A stretch of 64,000 nucleotides of DNA from Nitrosomonas sp. (lineage in GTDB: Bacteria > Pseudomonadota > Gammaproteobacteria > Burkholderiales > Nitrosomonadaceae). The translations under genes and the position numbers were made by a program. The notes beneath the pieces were generated by a model, which searched no databases, had not been told where the DNA came from, and saw only the letters and a program-made list of their open reading frames with translations. Positions 23,021-33,672 of the stretch are shown in pieces; the stretch's first letter is position 1; the number at the start of each line of letters is the position of its first letter. The DNA lies in the NCBI GenBank assembly GCA_008015595.1, contig SSFW01000048.1:363-64362 (forward strand), in the 5' to 3' direction.

Positions 23021-23671
23021 ATGACAGCTATTGCGATTGTTGATTACGGAATGGGTAATTTACGTTCAGTATCCAAGGCCCTTGAACGAGTTGCTCCCTA
23101 CGCGACAGTTCAAGTTACGAGTGACCCAAAGATTGTAGATAAAGCTTCGCATATCGTTGTTCCCGGTCAAGGCGCAATGCCGCATTGTATGCAAGAGTTG
23201 GATAAATTTGGTCTAAAAGACGTTGTAATTGATGCTGCCAGGAACAAGCCATTTCTAGGTATTTGTATTGGTTTGCAAATGTTGTTTGATGAAAGTGAAG
23301 AAGGTAATGTGAGGGGCTTGGGTGTCTTCCCAGGGAAAGTTGTGCACTTCTCGGCTGGTGGCGAAGCTGATGTTCAGGGCGGTAAGTTAAAAATACCCCA
23401 TATGGGCTGGAATCAAGTTTATCAAACAATGAATCACCCACTATGGGATGGAATTAGAAGCGATGCTCGCTTTTACTTTGTTCATAGTTATTATGTGAAG
23501 TCAGAGGATCCAAACTTATCAGCAGCCTACTCGCTTTATCCTACCCCATTTACATGCGCAATCGCTAAAGATAATATTTTTGCAGTACAATTTCATCCAG
23601 AGAAAAGTCATATTGCTGGGTTAACATTATTAAGTAATTTTGCTAAATGGGAACCTCATTCCAGTCATTAG
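23021..23671 (+). CDS. hisH: IGP synthase glutaminase subunit
   Basis: DYGMGNLRS, LGICIG, QFHPEKS. Confidence 0.97.
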   Translation: MTAIAIVDYGMGNLRSVSKALERVAPYATVQVTSDPKIVDKASHIVVPGQGAMPHCMQELDKFGLKDVVIDAARNKPFLGICIGLQMLFDESEEGNVRGLGVFPGKVVHFSAGGEADVQGGKLKIPHMGWNQVYQTMNHPLWDGIRSDARFYFVHSYYVKSEDPNLSAAYSLYPTPFTCAIAKDNIFAVQFHPEKSHIAGLTLLSNFAKWEPHSSH

Positions 23672-23732
23672 TACAATTCAATTCATCGTTTCATTCCGTT
23701 TTTTTATTATCAATTATTTATCCTAACAACAT

Positions 23733-24479
23733 ATGTTGATTATTCCTGCGATAGACATGAAAGATGGTCAATGCGTGCGACTAAAACAGGGTGATATGGA
23801 AGCCGCAACTGTTTTTTCTGAAAACCCTGATGAAATGGCACTACAATGGTTGAATCAAGGTGCGCGTCGCTTACATTTGGTGGATTTGAATGGAGCTTTT
23901 GCTGGTAAACCGAAAAATGAGTCTGTTATTCGCTCAATCGTTAAAGCGCTTAATGGCAATATCCCAATTCAATTAGGTGGAGGAATTCGTGACTTAGAAA
24001 CGATTGAACGCTATCTGGATCAGGGAATTACGTATGTAATCATTGGGACTGCCGCAGTAAAAATTCCAGGTTTTTTGCATGATGCTTGTTACGCATTTCC
24101 TGGTCAAATTATGGTTGGCCTTGATGCGAAGAATGGTAAAGTGGCCGTTGATGGCTGGTCGAAAGTGACGGGGCATGACGTTGTCGATTTAGCCAAGAAA
24201 TTTGAAGACTATGGCGTAGAAGCGATTATTTATACCGATATTGGGCGAGATGGAATGCTTAGCGGGGTTAATATTGAAGCAACCGTTGCGCTAGCTCGGG
24301 AATTAACCGTTCCGGTAGTAGCGAGTGGAGGCATTTCTAATTTAGAAGATATCAAAGCACTTTGCAAAATCGAAGCAGAAGGGGTAATGGGTGCAATCAC
24401 CGGTAGAGCGTTATATGAGGGTACGCTGGATTTCAAACAAGCCCAAGACTTGGCTGATAAATTAAGTGTAACAGCCTAA
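23733..24479 (+). CDS. hisA: ProFAR isomerase
   Basis: [27 protein letters not shown]. Confidence 0.97.
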   Translation: MLIIPAIDMKDGQCVRLKQGDMEAATVFSENPDEMALQWLNQGARRLHLVDLNGAFAGKPKNESVIRSIVKALNGNIPIQLGGGIRDLETIERYLDQGITYVIIGTAAVKIPGFLHDACYAFPGQIMVGLDAKNGKVAVDGWSKVTGHDVVDLAKKFEDYGVEAIIYTDIGRDGMLSGVNIEATVALARELTVPVVASGGISNLEDIKALCKIEAEGVMGAITGRALYEGTLDFKQAQDLADKLSVTA

Positions 24480-24565
24480 ATTAAGTGTGCATCCTGTGAT
24501 CTGATCATTACTTTACTATTCACTTTTTTCTCTCTAATATTTTTCTTTACTAAGGTTTTTAGGCA

Positions 24566-25342
24566 ATGGGTCTTGCCAAGCGGATTATTCCCTGTCTTGA
24601 TGTTAACAATGGACGTGTTGTTAAAGGGGTCAATTTTGTATCATTAAAAGATGCGGGTGATCCCGTTGAGATTGCACGACGGTATGATGAACAGGGAGCT
24701 GATGAGCTTGTGTTTTTAGATATAACGGCAAGTTCAGATAATCGTGACTTGATCCTACATATCGTGGAAGATGTTGCGTCACAAGTCTTTATACCGTTGA
24801 CGGTAGGGGGTGGCGTACGTAAAGTAGAGGATGTGCGAAGATTACTGAATGCCGGCGCTGATAAAGTCAGTATTAACACTTCGGCAGTACTAAATCCACA
24901 ACTCGTAGCAGATGCGGCAGGCTATTATGGTGCTCAGTGTATCGTGGTTGCCATAGATGCAAAACAAGTTGGTGAGCAAGGTAGCCAGGTTCCGCGTTGG
25001 GAAGTATTTACCCATGGCGGCCGAAATGCTACTGGGCTTGATGCGATTGAATGGGCTAAAAAGATGCAAGCGTTGGGTGCGGGTGAAATATTGCTGACAA
25101 GCATGGATCGAGATGGTACCCGACATGGATTCGATCTTGCTTTAACGCGAACACTTTCCGATGCAATCGATTTGCCTGTAATTGCAAGTGGTGGAGTAGG
25201 AAGCTTGAATCACCTGGTAGATGGAATTCTTCAAGGGCATGCTGACGCGGTTCTTGCAGCAAGTATCTTTCATTATGGTCAGCATACGATACTTGAGGCA
25301 AAAGAATTTTTATCCCAGCATGGCATCGAAGTACGACTCTAA
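24566..25342 (+). CDS. hisF: IGP synthase cyclase subunit
   Basis: [23 protein letters not shown]. Confidence 0.97.
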   Translation: MGLAKRIIPCLDVNNGRVVKGVNFVSLKDAGDPVEIARRYDEQGADELVFLDITASSDNRDLILHIVEDVASQVFIPLTVGGGVRKVEDVRRLLNAGADKVSINTSAVLNPQLVADAAGYYGAQCIVVAIDAKQVGEQGSQVPRWEVFTHGGRNATGLDAIEWAKKMQALGAGEILLTSMDRDGTRHGFDLALTRTLSDAIDLPVIASGGVGSLNHLVDGILQGHADAVLAASIFHYGQHTILEAKEFLSQHGIEVRL

Positions 25343-25385
25343 CAATAACTAGGTTGTCATCATTTTTTAATTTTCTGGAATCAGA

Positions 25386-25772
25386 ATGCCAGCTTCTTGG
25401 GTTGATAAAATTAATTGGACCACTGATGGGTTAGTGCCGGTCATTGCACAAGAAGAAGCAACCGGGACTATTTTGATGTTTGCTTGGATGAACAAAGAAG
25501 CAGTTAAATTGACGGTTGAAACGAAGGTGGCAGTTTATTGGTCTCGTTCTAAGCAAAGGCTCTGGAGAAAAGGTGAAGAATCCGGTCATACACAAAAAGT
25601 CAAAGCAATTTATCTGGATTGTGATGATGATGTTCTACTGATTCAAGTAGAACAAATGGGTGGGATAGCTTGTCATACCGGTAGAAAAAGTTGTTTTTTT
25701 AATAAACTGGAAGGGGATCAATGGGTCGTTAATGCGCCCATAATTAAAGATCCTTCAGAAATCTATCAATAA
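25386..25772 (+). CDS. hisI: Phosphoribosyl-AMP cyclohydrolase
   Basis: [22 protein letters not shown]. Confidence 0.96.
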   Translation: MPASWVDKINWTTDGLVPVIAQEEATGTILMFAWMNKEAVKLTVETKVAVYWSRSKQRLWRKGEESGHTQKVKAIYLDCDDDVLLIQVEQMGGIACHTGRKSCFFNKLEGDQWVVNAPIIKDPSEIYQ

Positions 25773-26102
25773 ATGTCACACGCCTCCATACTTCATCATC
25801 TCGCAACCGTCATTGATGACAGAAGAACAGCCGACCCATCAACCTCATATGTTGCTAAGCTATTGAATAGTGGTCAAGATAAAATCTTAAAAAAAGTTGC
25901 TGAAGAGGCGGCTGAGACGATCATGGCATCCAAAGATGGCGATACGACACATGTGGTTTATGAAGTTGCTGATCTCTGGTTTCATTGCCTCATCCTACTT
26001 GCACACCATGGCCTGAGACCAGAAGATGTCCTAGCGGAATTAGCACGAAGAGAAGGATTATCTGGGATAGAAGAAAAACGGCTACGCAATACGGAAAAGT
26101 AA
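25773..26102 (+). CDS. hisE: Phosphoribosyl-ATP diphosphatase
   Basis: [17 protein letters not shown]. Confidence 0.96.
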   Translation: MSHASILHHLATVIDDRRTADPSTSYVAKLLNSGQDKILKKVAEEAAETIMASKDGDTTHVVYEVADLWFHCLILLAHHGLRPEDVLAELARREGLSGIEEKRLRNTEK

Positions 26103-26456
26103 ATGAGCGATTGTATTTTTTGTAAAATTGTAAGAAAAGAAATTCCTGCAAAGATTATCTATGAAGATCAGCACTGCCTTGCTTTTCATGATATAAACCC
26201 TGCTGCTCCCGTTCATTTCTTAATTATCCCTAAACTTCATATTGCTTCGCTATATGAAGTTGATGATACCCATCAGCTCATTCTTGGAAAAATGTTAGGC
26301 CTGGTGCCTAAGTTGGCCAAACAGGAAGGGTGTGAACATGGTTTTCGTACTATCATCAATACAGGAAAGGTAGGCGGGCAAGAAGTTTTTCATCTTCATA
26401 TTCATGTGATCAGTAGTAAAAATGTTTTGCCGACTATGATTCACCGTAGTCAATAG
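26103..26456 (+). CDS. HIT-family nucleotide-binding protein (HinT-like)
   Basis: CIFCKI and HLHIH histidine triad. Confidence 0.93.
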   Translation: MSDCIFCKIVRKEIPAKIIYEDQHCLAFHDINPAAPVHFLIIPKLHIASLYEVDDTHQLILGKMLGLVPKLAKQEGCEHGFRTIINTGKVGGQEVFHLHIHVISSKNVLPTMIHRSQ

Positions 26457-26482
26457 TGTGATTCTATTGAGAGGAAATAAAA

Positions 26483-26722
26483 ATGGGAACATTTAGTATT
26501 TGGCATTGGCTGGTTGTACTTGCAATCGTAGTGCTAGTTTTCGGAACCAAGAAATTGCGTAATTTAGGGAGTGATCTTGGCAATGCAGTGAAAGGTTTTA
26601 AAGAAGGCATGAAAGGAAGTGAAGGAGAACCAATAGAGTCTCCTGCAAATACTCAGCAGCAAATTGCGAATCGATCTACCGAAGACGTTAGTATAAAAGA
26701 AAAGAACGAGACTAAATTATAA
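26483..26722 (+). CDS. tatA: Twin-arginine translocase TatA
   Basis: [25 protein letters not shown]. Confidence 0.95.
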   Translation: MGTFSIWHWLVVLAIVVLVFGTKKLRNLGSDLGNAVKGFKEGMKGSEGEPIESPANTQQQIANRSTEDVSIKEKNETKL

Positions 26723-26841
26723 AGCGTTTAGTTATATTCCAATAAAGGAGTTGAATTAAGCTCTGGAAATTCAATATCCTGCTATAAGAACTTAAACTAG
26801 AGTAGTTTGAATTCTAAATTTCCCGGAAGGATTTTAGGCTT

Positions 26842-27231
26842 ATGTTTGATATTAGCTTCGCTGAGTTGCTCGTCATTTCAGTTGTGGCGTTAGTTGTCAT
26901 TGGCCCGGAGAGACTTCCACGTGTAGCTCGAACCTTAGGGTTTTTGCTGGGTCGCGCGCGTCGCTATGTTGAAACGGTCAAAAATGATATTCGGAATGAA
27001 ATAGAATTGGACGAGTTAAGGCGGATTAAAGACACGGTTCAGGATACAGCGCAATCCATTGAAAAATCCGTAAAACAAGAGATTCAGCAAATTCAAGCAA
27101 GTGTCCAGCCCACTGCATCCGGTAGCCACGATAAAAAAATCAAAGATACCTCTCCCCTAAATAACAATCACGCAGGGCATGAGGCCACGCCCATTGCGTC
27201 TCAATCGATTTCGAACTCAAAGGGCGACTGA
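26842..27231 (+). CDS. tatB: Twin-arginine translocase TatB
   Basis: MFDISFAEL..GPERLP. Confidence 0.95.
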   Translation: MFDISFAELLVISVVALVVIGPERLPRVARTLGFLLGRARRYVETVKNDIRNEIELDELRRIKDTVQDTAQSIEKSVKQEIQQIQASVQPTASGSHDKKIKDTSPLNNNHAGHEATPIASQSISNSKGD

Positions 27232-27314
27232 TTCGACTAATAATAATTAGGACTGTCGTGTTGAGAGATAACAGTATGCTTTCATAGAGTTTTTTCTAGA
27301 GTGAGTCATAAAAT

Positions 27315-28097
27315 ATGGACGAGGAAGGTAGTTTTATTTCACATTTGGTCGAATTACGCACTCGGTTAATCCGGATTATTACGGTATTAGTGGTTGGTTT
27401 TATACCCTGTGCTTATTTTGCCCGTGAGCTATACACATTGTTAGCTCAGCCCCTTCTCGAAAAACTCCCGCAAGGTGGGCAAATGATTGCAACCGCAGTG
27501 GCGACACCTTTTTTCGTGCCAATGAAAGTAGCGCTGATGACAGCATTTTTATTAACGCTTCCTCATACGCTGTATCAGATTTGGGCATTTGTCGCCCCCG
27601 GGCTATATGCCCATGAAAAACGATTATTCTTACCGTTGGTCGTGGCGAGTAGCGGTTTATTTTTTATAGGGATGGCCTTCGCCTATTTTGCAGCTTTACC
27701 CTTAGTTTTTGAGTTTATTATTTATTTTGCGCCGCAAGGGGTTGCTGTCATGACAGATATCGGGGAGTACCTTGGTTTTGTCATGACGATGTTTTTGACT
27801 TTTGGGATTACGTTTGAAGTACCGGTATTTGTAGTTGTACTGGCTCGAACCGGAATTATTTCGTTATCCAAAATGAAAGAAGTAAGGCAGTATGTACTCG
27901 TCGGTGCTTTTGTGATCGGGGCGATTTTTACCCCACCAGATGTCATCTCGCAGTTCTTATTAGCGATTCCACTTTATTTACTCTATGAATTAGGATTATT
28001 TCTTGCAGGAATGTCAATAAAGAAAGGTTTCTCAGCCTCGAATGAGTTAGCCACAAAACAAGAAAATAAACCAAGCGCTAGTAACAATGAAAAATAG
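27315..28097 (+). CDS. tatC: Twin-arginine translocase TatC
   Basis: HLVELRTRL, WAFVAPGLY, FEVP, TPPD. Confidence 0.96.
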   Translation: MDEEGSFISHLVELRTRLIRIITVLVVGFIPCAYFARELYTLLAQPLLEKLPQGGQMIATAVATPFFVPMKVALMTAFLLTLPHTLYQIWAFVAPGLYAHEKRLFLPLVVASSGLFFIGMAFAYFAALPLVFEFIIYFAPQGVAVMTDIGEYLGFVMTMFLTFGITFEVPVFVVVLARTGIISLSKMKEVRQYVLVGAFVIGAIFTPPDVISQFLLAIPLYLLYELGLFLAGMSIKKGFSASNELATKQENKPSASNNEK

Positions 28098-28175
28098 TCG
28101 AGCGAAGCGGATTATTTATTCACATCAAGTTGCCATTACTGTGCTGTATCTTGCGATATTCAAACCACATCCTAA

Positions 28176-31100
28176 ATGATTCGACTATTGAGTATTGTTG
28201 TTTTTTTTATTTGTTTTATTGCTACCTCGGTATTGGGTCAAACGATTGATTTAAACGATCAACTCCAATCGATTCAAACTAAGTTAGAAGCACTCAATAG
28301 TAGCGATGAAACAGTCCAAAAGAAAAGTCTCAAAGAGATTTTTCTTAAAACACAACAAGTTTTACTTGATCATCAAAGCTATCTTGCCAAAACTCAATAC
28401 TATACTGAGCAATTAGCGCAATTCCCACAGCAGCTAGAAAATCTAGAGCAACAAAAAACTAATGTAAATTCGACTCAACCTAATTTCTTTGAATTGAAGC
28501 AACTCACATTAAGTGAAATGGCGCAGAGAAACATTGAGACACAGGCCAAATTATCAGAATTTCAGAATCAACAGCAAAAAATCCTATCTGAGCTAGCCAC
28601 ATTGCGAGAGCAAGTTGTCACTAATCGTAACGAGCTAGCGACTCCAAACAGGACGCGTAACATTTAATCGGCTTAAATATTTGCTGAGCTTGATTCAAGT
28701 AATGAGAAGATTGTAGAAGCATTACGCATGTATGAAATGCTTCAAAGTCAGGCATTGGCGGATAAAATGAGAATGCTCGAGCTAGAGGCGCTCGCGTTAC
28801 CCAAAGCCATCGAAATGGCGACATTCCAAGAAGAGTTCATACTTAGGCCAGAGATACAACAATTAATTGAAGAATCAGAATGGTTAGCGGTTGAAATTAA
28901 TTTAAAGCGAAAAGCCGAGACAGAGGTTGCTGTCGAGAAATCAGGGCTGGTCCTAGAAGAAAGTGAGTGGAAGCATCCCATTCTTCTCATCATCGTTAAG
29001 AAAAATGAATTGCTTGCAACAGAGCTGAGTCACTATGTAGAACAATCTTCTAAGTTAATCGTACAGAAAGCACGTAGCGAAAATCGATTGAATCTAATCA
29101 TCAATAATTATGCTGCGTTGCAGCAAAGACTTGCATTGTATGAGGATGACGAAGCGCTAGGTTCAGAAATTAGGAAACAATTTAAATATGTTTTAACAAA
29201 ACCTAATACTCAGCTCACACAAAAGAAACTTAACAATGCAAAGCTGGAGCTGTTTCAACTGGAGCAAGAAAAGCTTCAGATGCAGGATGATAAAGCTTAT
29301 TTAAAAAGAATGACTAAGGGCTATACGATCAACCCGGATGCTGCGGTTTACCCCGATATTATACGGGCATTTCAAGAACTTAAAATGTTCCGCTTGCAAG
29401 TCATTGATAAATTCATAGAAATTTTACGTGAATATTTAAAAGAGTTGGAGCAATACGCGAGCTTGCAGCATCAATTATTGGAAAAAATCGATCAATATGA
29501 AAACCTACTTAAAGAAAATCTATTACTAACTCGTAATGCAAAACCAATTTACCAGGTAACTACCAATGATATTGATAAAGCAATGACATGGTTTCTTACC
29601 GATAAAACCCAGAGCGCTTTTTCAAAACTAGTTGATCGCGTAGGGCTAGTATCATTCATTGTTACGATTCTTTCATTTATTTTGCTCAGCGTATTCTGGT
29701 GGTTTCTTTGGCCACGCTATTTAATGTGGGAGAAGGTGGGAAAGGAAGCATGGGGAAAAGTTAAGCAAGATAAGATAATTTACTCGGTACGACTGCTGAT
29801 TTTCATATTTTCTCAATCATTGTTGTTTGCGTCACCATTCTTCCTCATTTATCTCGCGCTCGAACATAGTGTTAATACTGAGATCAATCGTGCATTTTCC
29901 CAGGTTTTTTATGTAGCAGCGATTGCGGTTGTTTTCTGGAATGTGTTGTACCAGATCAGTCGACCATCCGGGCTACTTAACCAACATTTTAAATTTCCAG
30001 TAGATTTTGTAGCCCAGTTACATTCGAGTATCAGACATTATGGGCCGGTTATTGTTATTCTCTGCTTGATTACGGCTTTCACGGATGCAATTGGTGAAGA
30101 CATGGTGCGCCACGTTGTGGGAAGAGTGAGTTTCATCACAGTGTGCTTCTTGCTTGCTTTATTGTCTTTAGATTGGATGGGGGTAACCAAAGTCGGAAAA
30201 TCATTGTATCGAGATCAGCACTTTAATTACCTAAAAAATCCAAAGCTATGGGCTTGGATATTCTTTTTGCAGCTCCTGTATTTAATTGCTACTGCGGCGA
30301 TAGGATACTATTTTGCTGCTTTGTACCAAGCCATCCTTATTTTTGAGACGATTGCTTGGATTACGATTTGCGGTTTGATTTTTCTGCAAGCTTATCGTGG
30401 CTTATTAATAGCACAGCGTAGGATTACCTATAAAAGAGCAATTGAAAAAAGAGAAGAAATGATCGCGTTACGTACTTCGATTGCCGGTAAAGCGGAAGTG
30501 GAATTGGTTGATGAGAATTACATGGATGTCGAGACAATCAGTAAGCAATCTCATACATTACTAACAATCAGTGTATGGGGTCTTTTGTTACTCGGTTTGA
30601 GCAGTATATGGGTTGATTTGCTACCGACACTGGGATTCTTGGATAAGATCGTTATTTGGCGGACTTCTGCGATAAGTGAAGGAGAAACCATCGTCCGGTT
30701 AATCACACTTGAAACACTGCTGGTGGCAATGATTATTCTCGTGCTGGCATTTATCGCGGCACATAATTTACCGGGTACTTTGGAAATTTTGGTTTTGCGC
30801 CATTTATCACTGGATACCGGTACAGGTTATGCCATAACGACCTTATTAAAATACGTAATCATTATCATTGGAATAGCGATCATGTCACAAAAGCTCGGTG
30901 TGGAATGGTCCAATATTCATTGGTTAGTAGCCGCGCTGGGTGTCGGAGTGGGATTTGGTTTGCAAGAGATTGTAGCTAATTTCGTATCAGGCCTAATTTT
31001 ACTGTTTGAACGCCCGATCCGAATCGGAGATACGGTGACATTAAGCGATGTGACTGGTACGGTTAGTAAAATTCATATTCGTGCCACGACGCTCATAGAC

Positions 31101-31490
31101 TCAGATCGTAAAGAAGTCATCGTTCCCAATAAGACTTTTATTACTCAGCAATTTATTAATTGGACACTCAGTGATGAGGTAACGCGCATTAAAATACCAG
31201 TCGGGATTGCTTATGGATCAGATTGTGATAACGCAAGAAAGGTATTGCTAGAGATTGCTCATAACCATCCATTGGTATTGAGAGAGCCTGAGCCTCTGGC
31301 TGTTTTTGTTGATTTCGGCGCAAGCGCCTTGAATTTTGAGTTACGAGTATATGCGGGTCAATTTTCGGATCGCCTTGATCTTGTTAATGACTTAAATATG
31401 GAGATCAATCGACGATTTGCAGCTGAAGGGATTGAGATCGCCTTTCCGCAATTAGATGTCCATTTGCATCGCGCATCAACGAAAAAATAA
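28176..31490 (+). pseudogene. MscK/MscM-type mechanosensitive channel, interrupted by two in-frame stops (real lesion or sequence error)
   Basis: ORFs 28176-28667 (signal peptide + coiled coil) and 28728-31490 (coiled coil, TM region, GFGLQEIVANFVSG, ERPIRIGD MscS domain) share a frame. They are separated by TAA at 28665 and 28674. Confidence 0.75.
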
Positions 31491-31542
31491 TCAGAAGATG
31501 AGTATGATGATAAGAAGGTTATCAATTTAAGGGTTTTATGTT

Positions 31543-32754
31543 ATGAATAAACGATTGACGATTGGCACACCGCTCAGTGCAGCAGCAACGAAAGTAATGT
31601 TATTGGGTAGCGGTGAGCTTGGGAAGGAAGTCATTATTTCATTACAACGGTTGGGCGTTGAAACCATTGCTGTCGATCGTTATGCAAATGCACCGGGTCA
31701 CCAAGTTGCGCATCGAGCACATGTCATCAATATGACTGACTCGATGGCATTACGTAGTTTAATTGAGCAAGAACGACCCGCTATCATCGTACCCGAAATC
31801 GAGGCAATTGCGACGGAAGTATTACTAGAGATTGAAAAGGAAGGGCTTGCAACGGTTATTCCAACGGCACGCGCAGCAAGATTGACTATGAATCGTGAAG
31901 GTATTCGTAGTTTAGCTGCAGAAACGTTAGGCATGCCAACTTCACCTTACGCATTTGCAAATAGCCTAGCGGCGTTACGAGCTGCAATCGATGAACAAAT
32001 TGGTTACCCTTGTATCGTTAAACCGGTTATGTCTTCTTCGGGTAAGGGGCAATCGCGCATCGAAAATGTGGATGGAATTGAAGCAGCTTGGAATTATGCA
32101 GCTAGCGGCGGACGAGTCGATCAGGGACGTGTCATTGTGGAAGGGGTCATTGATTTTGATTACGAAATAACACAATTGACCGTGCGAGCAATGAATGATC
32201 GTGCTGAAGTACAAACCTATTTTTGTGAACCGATTGGCCATGTCCAAGTTAACGGGGACTATGTTGAAAGTTGGCAGCCGCAAGCAATGACGACGATTGC
32301 AAGGGAGCGAGCACGTGAACTTGCTAAGAAAATTACAGATAATTTAGGAGGCCTCGGCATTTTTGGGGTAGAACTGTTTGTTAAAGGTGATGAGGTATGG
32401 TTTAGCGAAGTTAGCCCCCGACCCCATGATACGGGGATGGTGACGATGCGTAGTCAAAAGCAAAGTGAATTTGATTTACATGCGAGGGCAATCTTGGGTT
32501 TGCCAGTTGATACGACACTTTCAGCACCTAGCGCGAGCGCGGTGATTTATGGTCAATTAGAAGAGAAAGGTATAGCCTTTACAGGCCTTGGAGAGGCATT
32601 GAGTGTTCCGCAAAGCGATATACGGTTATTCGGTAAGCCAGAATCCTTTAAGAAACGACGGATGGGGGTTGCACTTGCGAATGGCGCTAATACAGAGGAA
32701 GCAAGGGAACGAGCAAAATTAGCAGCGAGCCGAGTTTGCCCAATTAAAAGCTAA
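31543..32754 (+). CDS. purT: Formate-dependent GAR formyltransferase
   Basis: [40 protein letters not shown]. Confidence 0.97.
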   Translation: MNKRLTIGTPLSAAATKVMLLGSGELGKEVIISLQRLGVETIAVDRYANAPGHQVAHRAHVINMTDSMALRSLIEQERPAIIVPEIEAIATEVLLEIEKEGLATVIPTARAARLTMNREGIRSLAAETLGMPTSPYAFANSLAALRAAIDEQIGYPCIVKPVMSSSGKGQSRIENVDGIEAAWNYAASGGRVDQGRVIVEGVIDFDYEITQLTVRAMNDRAEVQTYFCEPIGHVQVNGDYVESWQPQAMTTIARERARELAKKITDNLGGLGIFGVELFVKGDEVWFSEVSPRPHDTGMVTMRSQKQSEFDLHARAILGLPVDTTLSAPSASAVIYGQLEEKGIAFTGLGEALSVPQSDIRLFGKPESFKKRRMGVALANGANTEEARERAKLAASRVCPIKS

Positions 32755-32851
32755 GAATTACGGCTTGTTTCAGCTTTATTTCCAGAAAAATTGCACTTGC
32801 GAAAAAGTTGATATGAATTCTAAAGAGATCTCTTAATAAGGAGAGACTAAA

Positions 32852-33364
32852 ATGAGCCAATTCGTTATTGCTTTTCTGGGATTATTTTTCATTACAACCC
32901 TAACCTACAGTCAGGGGCCAGCAGACGAAAAGCGGCTCGATGAAATTGCAGAGCGTGGCGCGCACGTCATGCCATTTGATCTAGAGAAAACACTACATAT
33001 TTTTTCTAAAACGAATCATGGAGGGATTCAGCAGGTTATTGTGAAAGATAAATCTGATACTGAGCAAATTAATTTGATTCGATCGCACTTATCTAAAATT
33101 GCAGCAGAATTTAAACGAAGTAATTTTTCTAATCCAGAAAAGATTCATGGCAAGAATATGCCTGGGCTTGCTGATTTGAAAGCTGCCAAAGATGGTCAAA
33201 TAAAAATAAGTTATAAAGAATTACCAGACGGTGCTGAGATTACATATTCTACAGAAATCCAAAAACTTAAGAATGCGATTCATCAATGGTTTGAGGCGCA
33301 ACTAAGTGATCATGCTCAGCATGCTGTGCCCGGGCATGAGCATAATTTTGAACACCATCACTAA
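32852..33364 (+). CDS. Secreted hypothetical protein with His-rich C-terminus
   Basis: AAGGAG RBS, signal peptide, VMPFDL..T.H.F and IHG..MPG motifs, tail DHAQHAVPGHEHNFEHHH. Confidence 0.8.
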   Translation: MSQFVIAFLGLFFITTLTYSQGPADEKRLDEIAERGAHVMPFDLEKTLHIFSKTNHGGIQQVIVKDKSDTEQINLIRSHLSKIAAEFKRSNFSNPEKIHGKNMPGLADLKAAKDGQIKISYKELPDGAEITYSTEIQKLKNAIHQWFEAQLSDHAQHAVPGHEHNFEHHH

Positions 33365-33533
33365 AGCAGATATTGCAGAGCAAGCAAAGTAACCAATTCA
33401 TAGATTTGAAGAAGCTTACTGAAATATCCAAGATTGAATAGTAGCTCTAAACCTGAGTTTCTTCTAATCAAGAATCAAAGAAGCTCCCTAATTACCAACC
33501 TATTCCTTATTTTACAGAATTAAACAACAGTGT

Positions 33534-33614
33534 AGATTCATTCGTATATTCTTACTCTATGTATCCGTGCCAATGGACTAGCAGCATTTGAAGTAAGAGC
33601 GTTACGAATGATCT
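33534..33614. other. ~80-nt imperfect stem-loop upstream of the ATPase gene (candidate structured RNA or operator)
   Basis: TCATTCGTA(33538-46) pairs with TACGAATGA(33603-11), TCTTACT(33550-56) with AGTAAGA(33592-98), plus an inner TCC/GGA stem. Confidence 0.5.
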
Positions 33615-33672
33615 TTAGGTGAACCAAGTTTTATCTGTAAGCAAATAAATTTTTAAGGATAGATATTTAACA

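Noticed and set aside
32852-33364. Aspartate carbamoyltransferase label that I recall being attached to similar proteins
   Set aside because: Too short, secreted, and lacks the STRT and HP motifs.
33520-33635. The hairpin as an integron attC site or c-di-GMP riboswitch
   Set aside because: No properly placed RYYYAAC/GTTRRRY ends, no intI, and no GEMM consensus.
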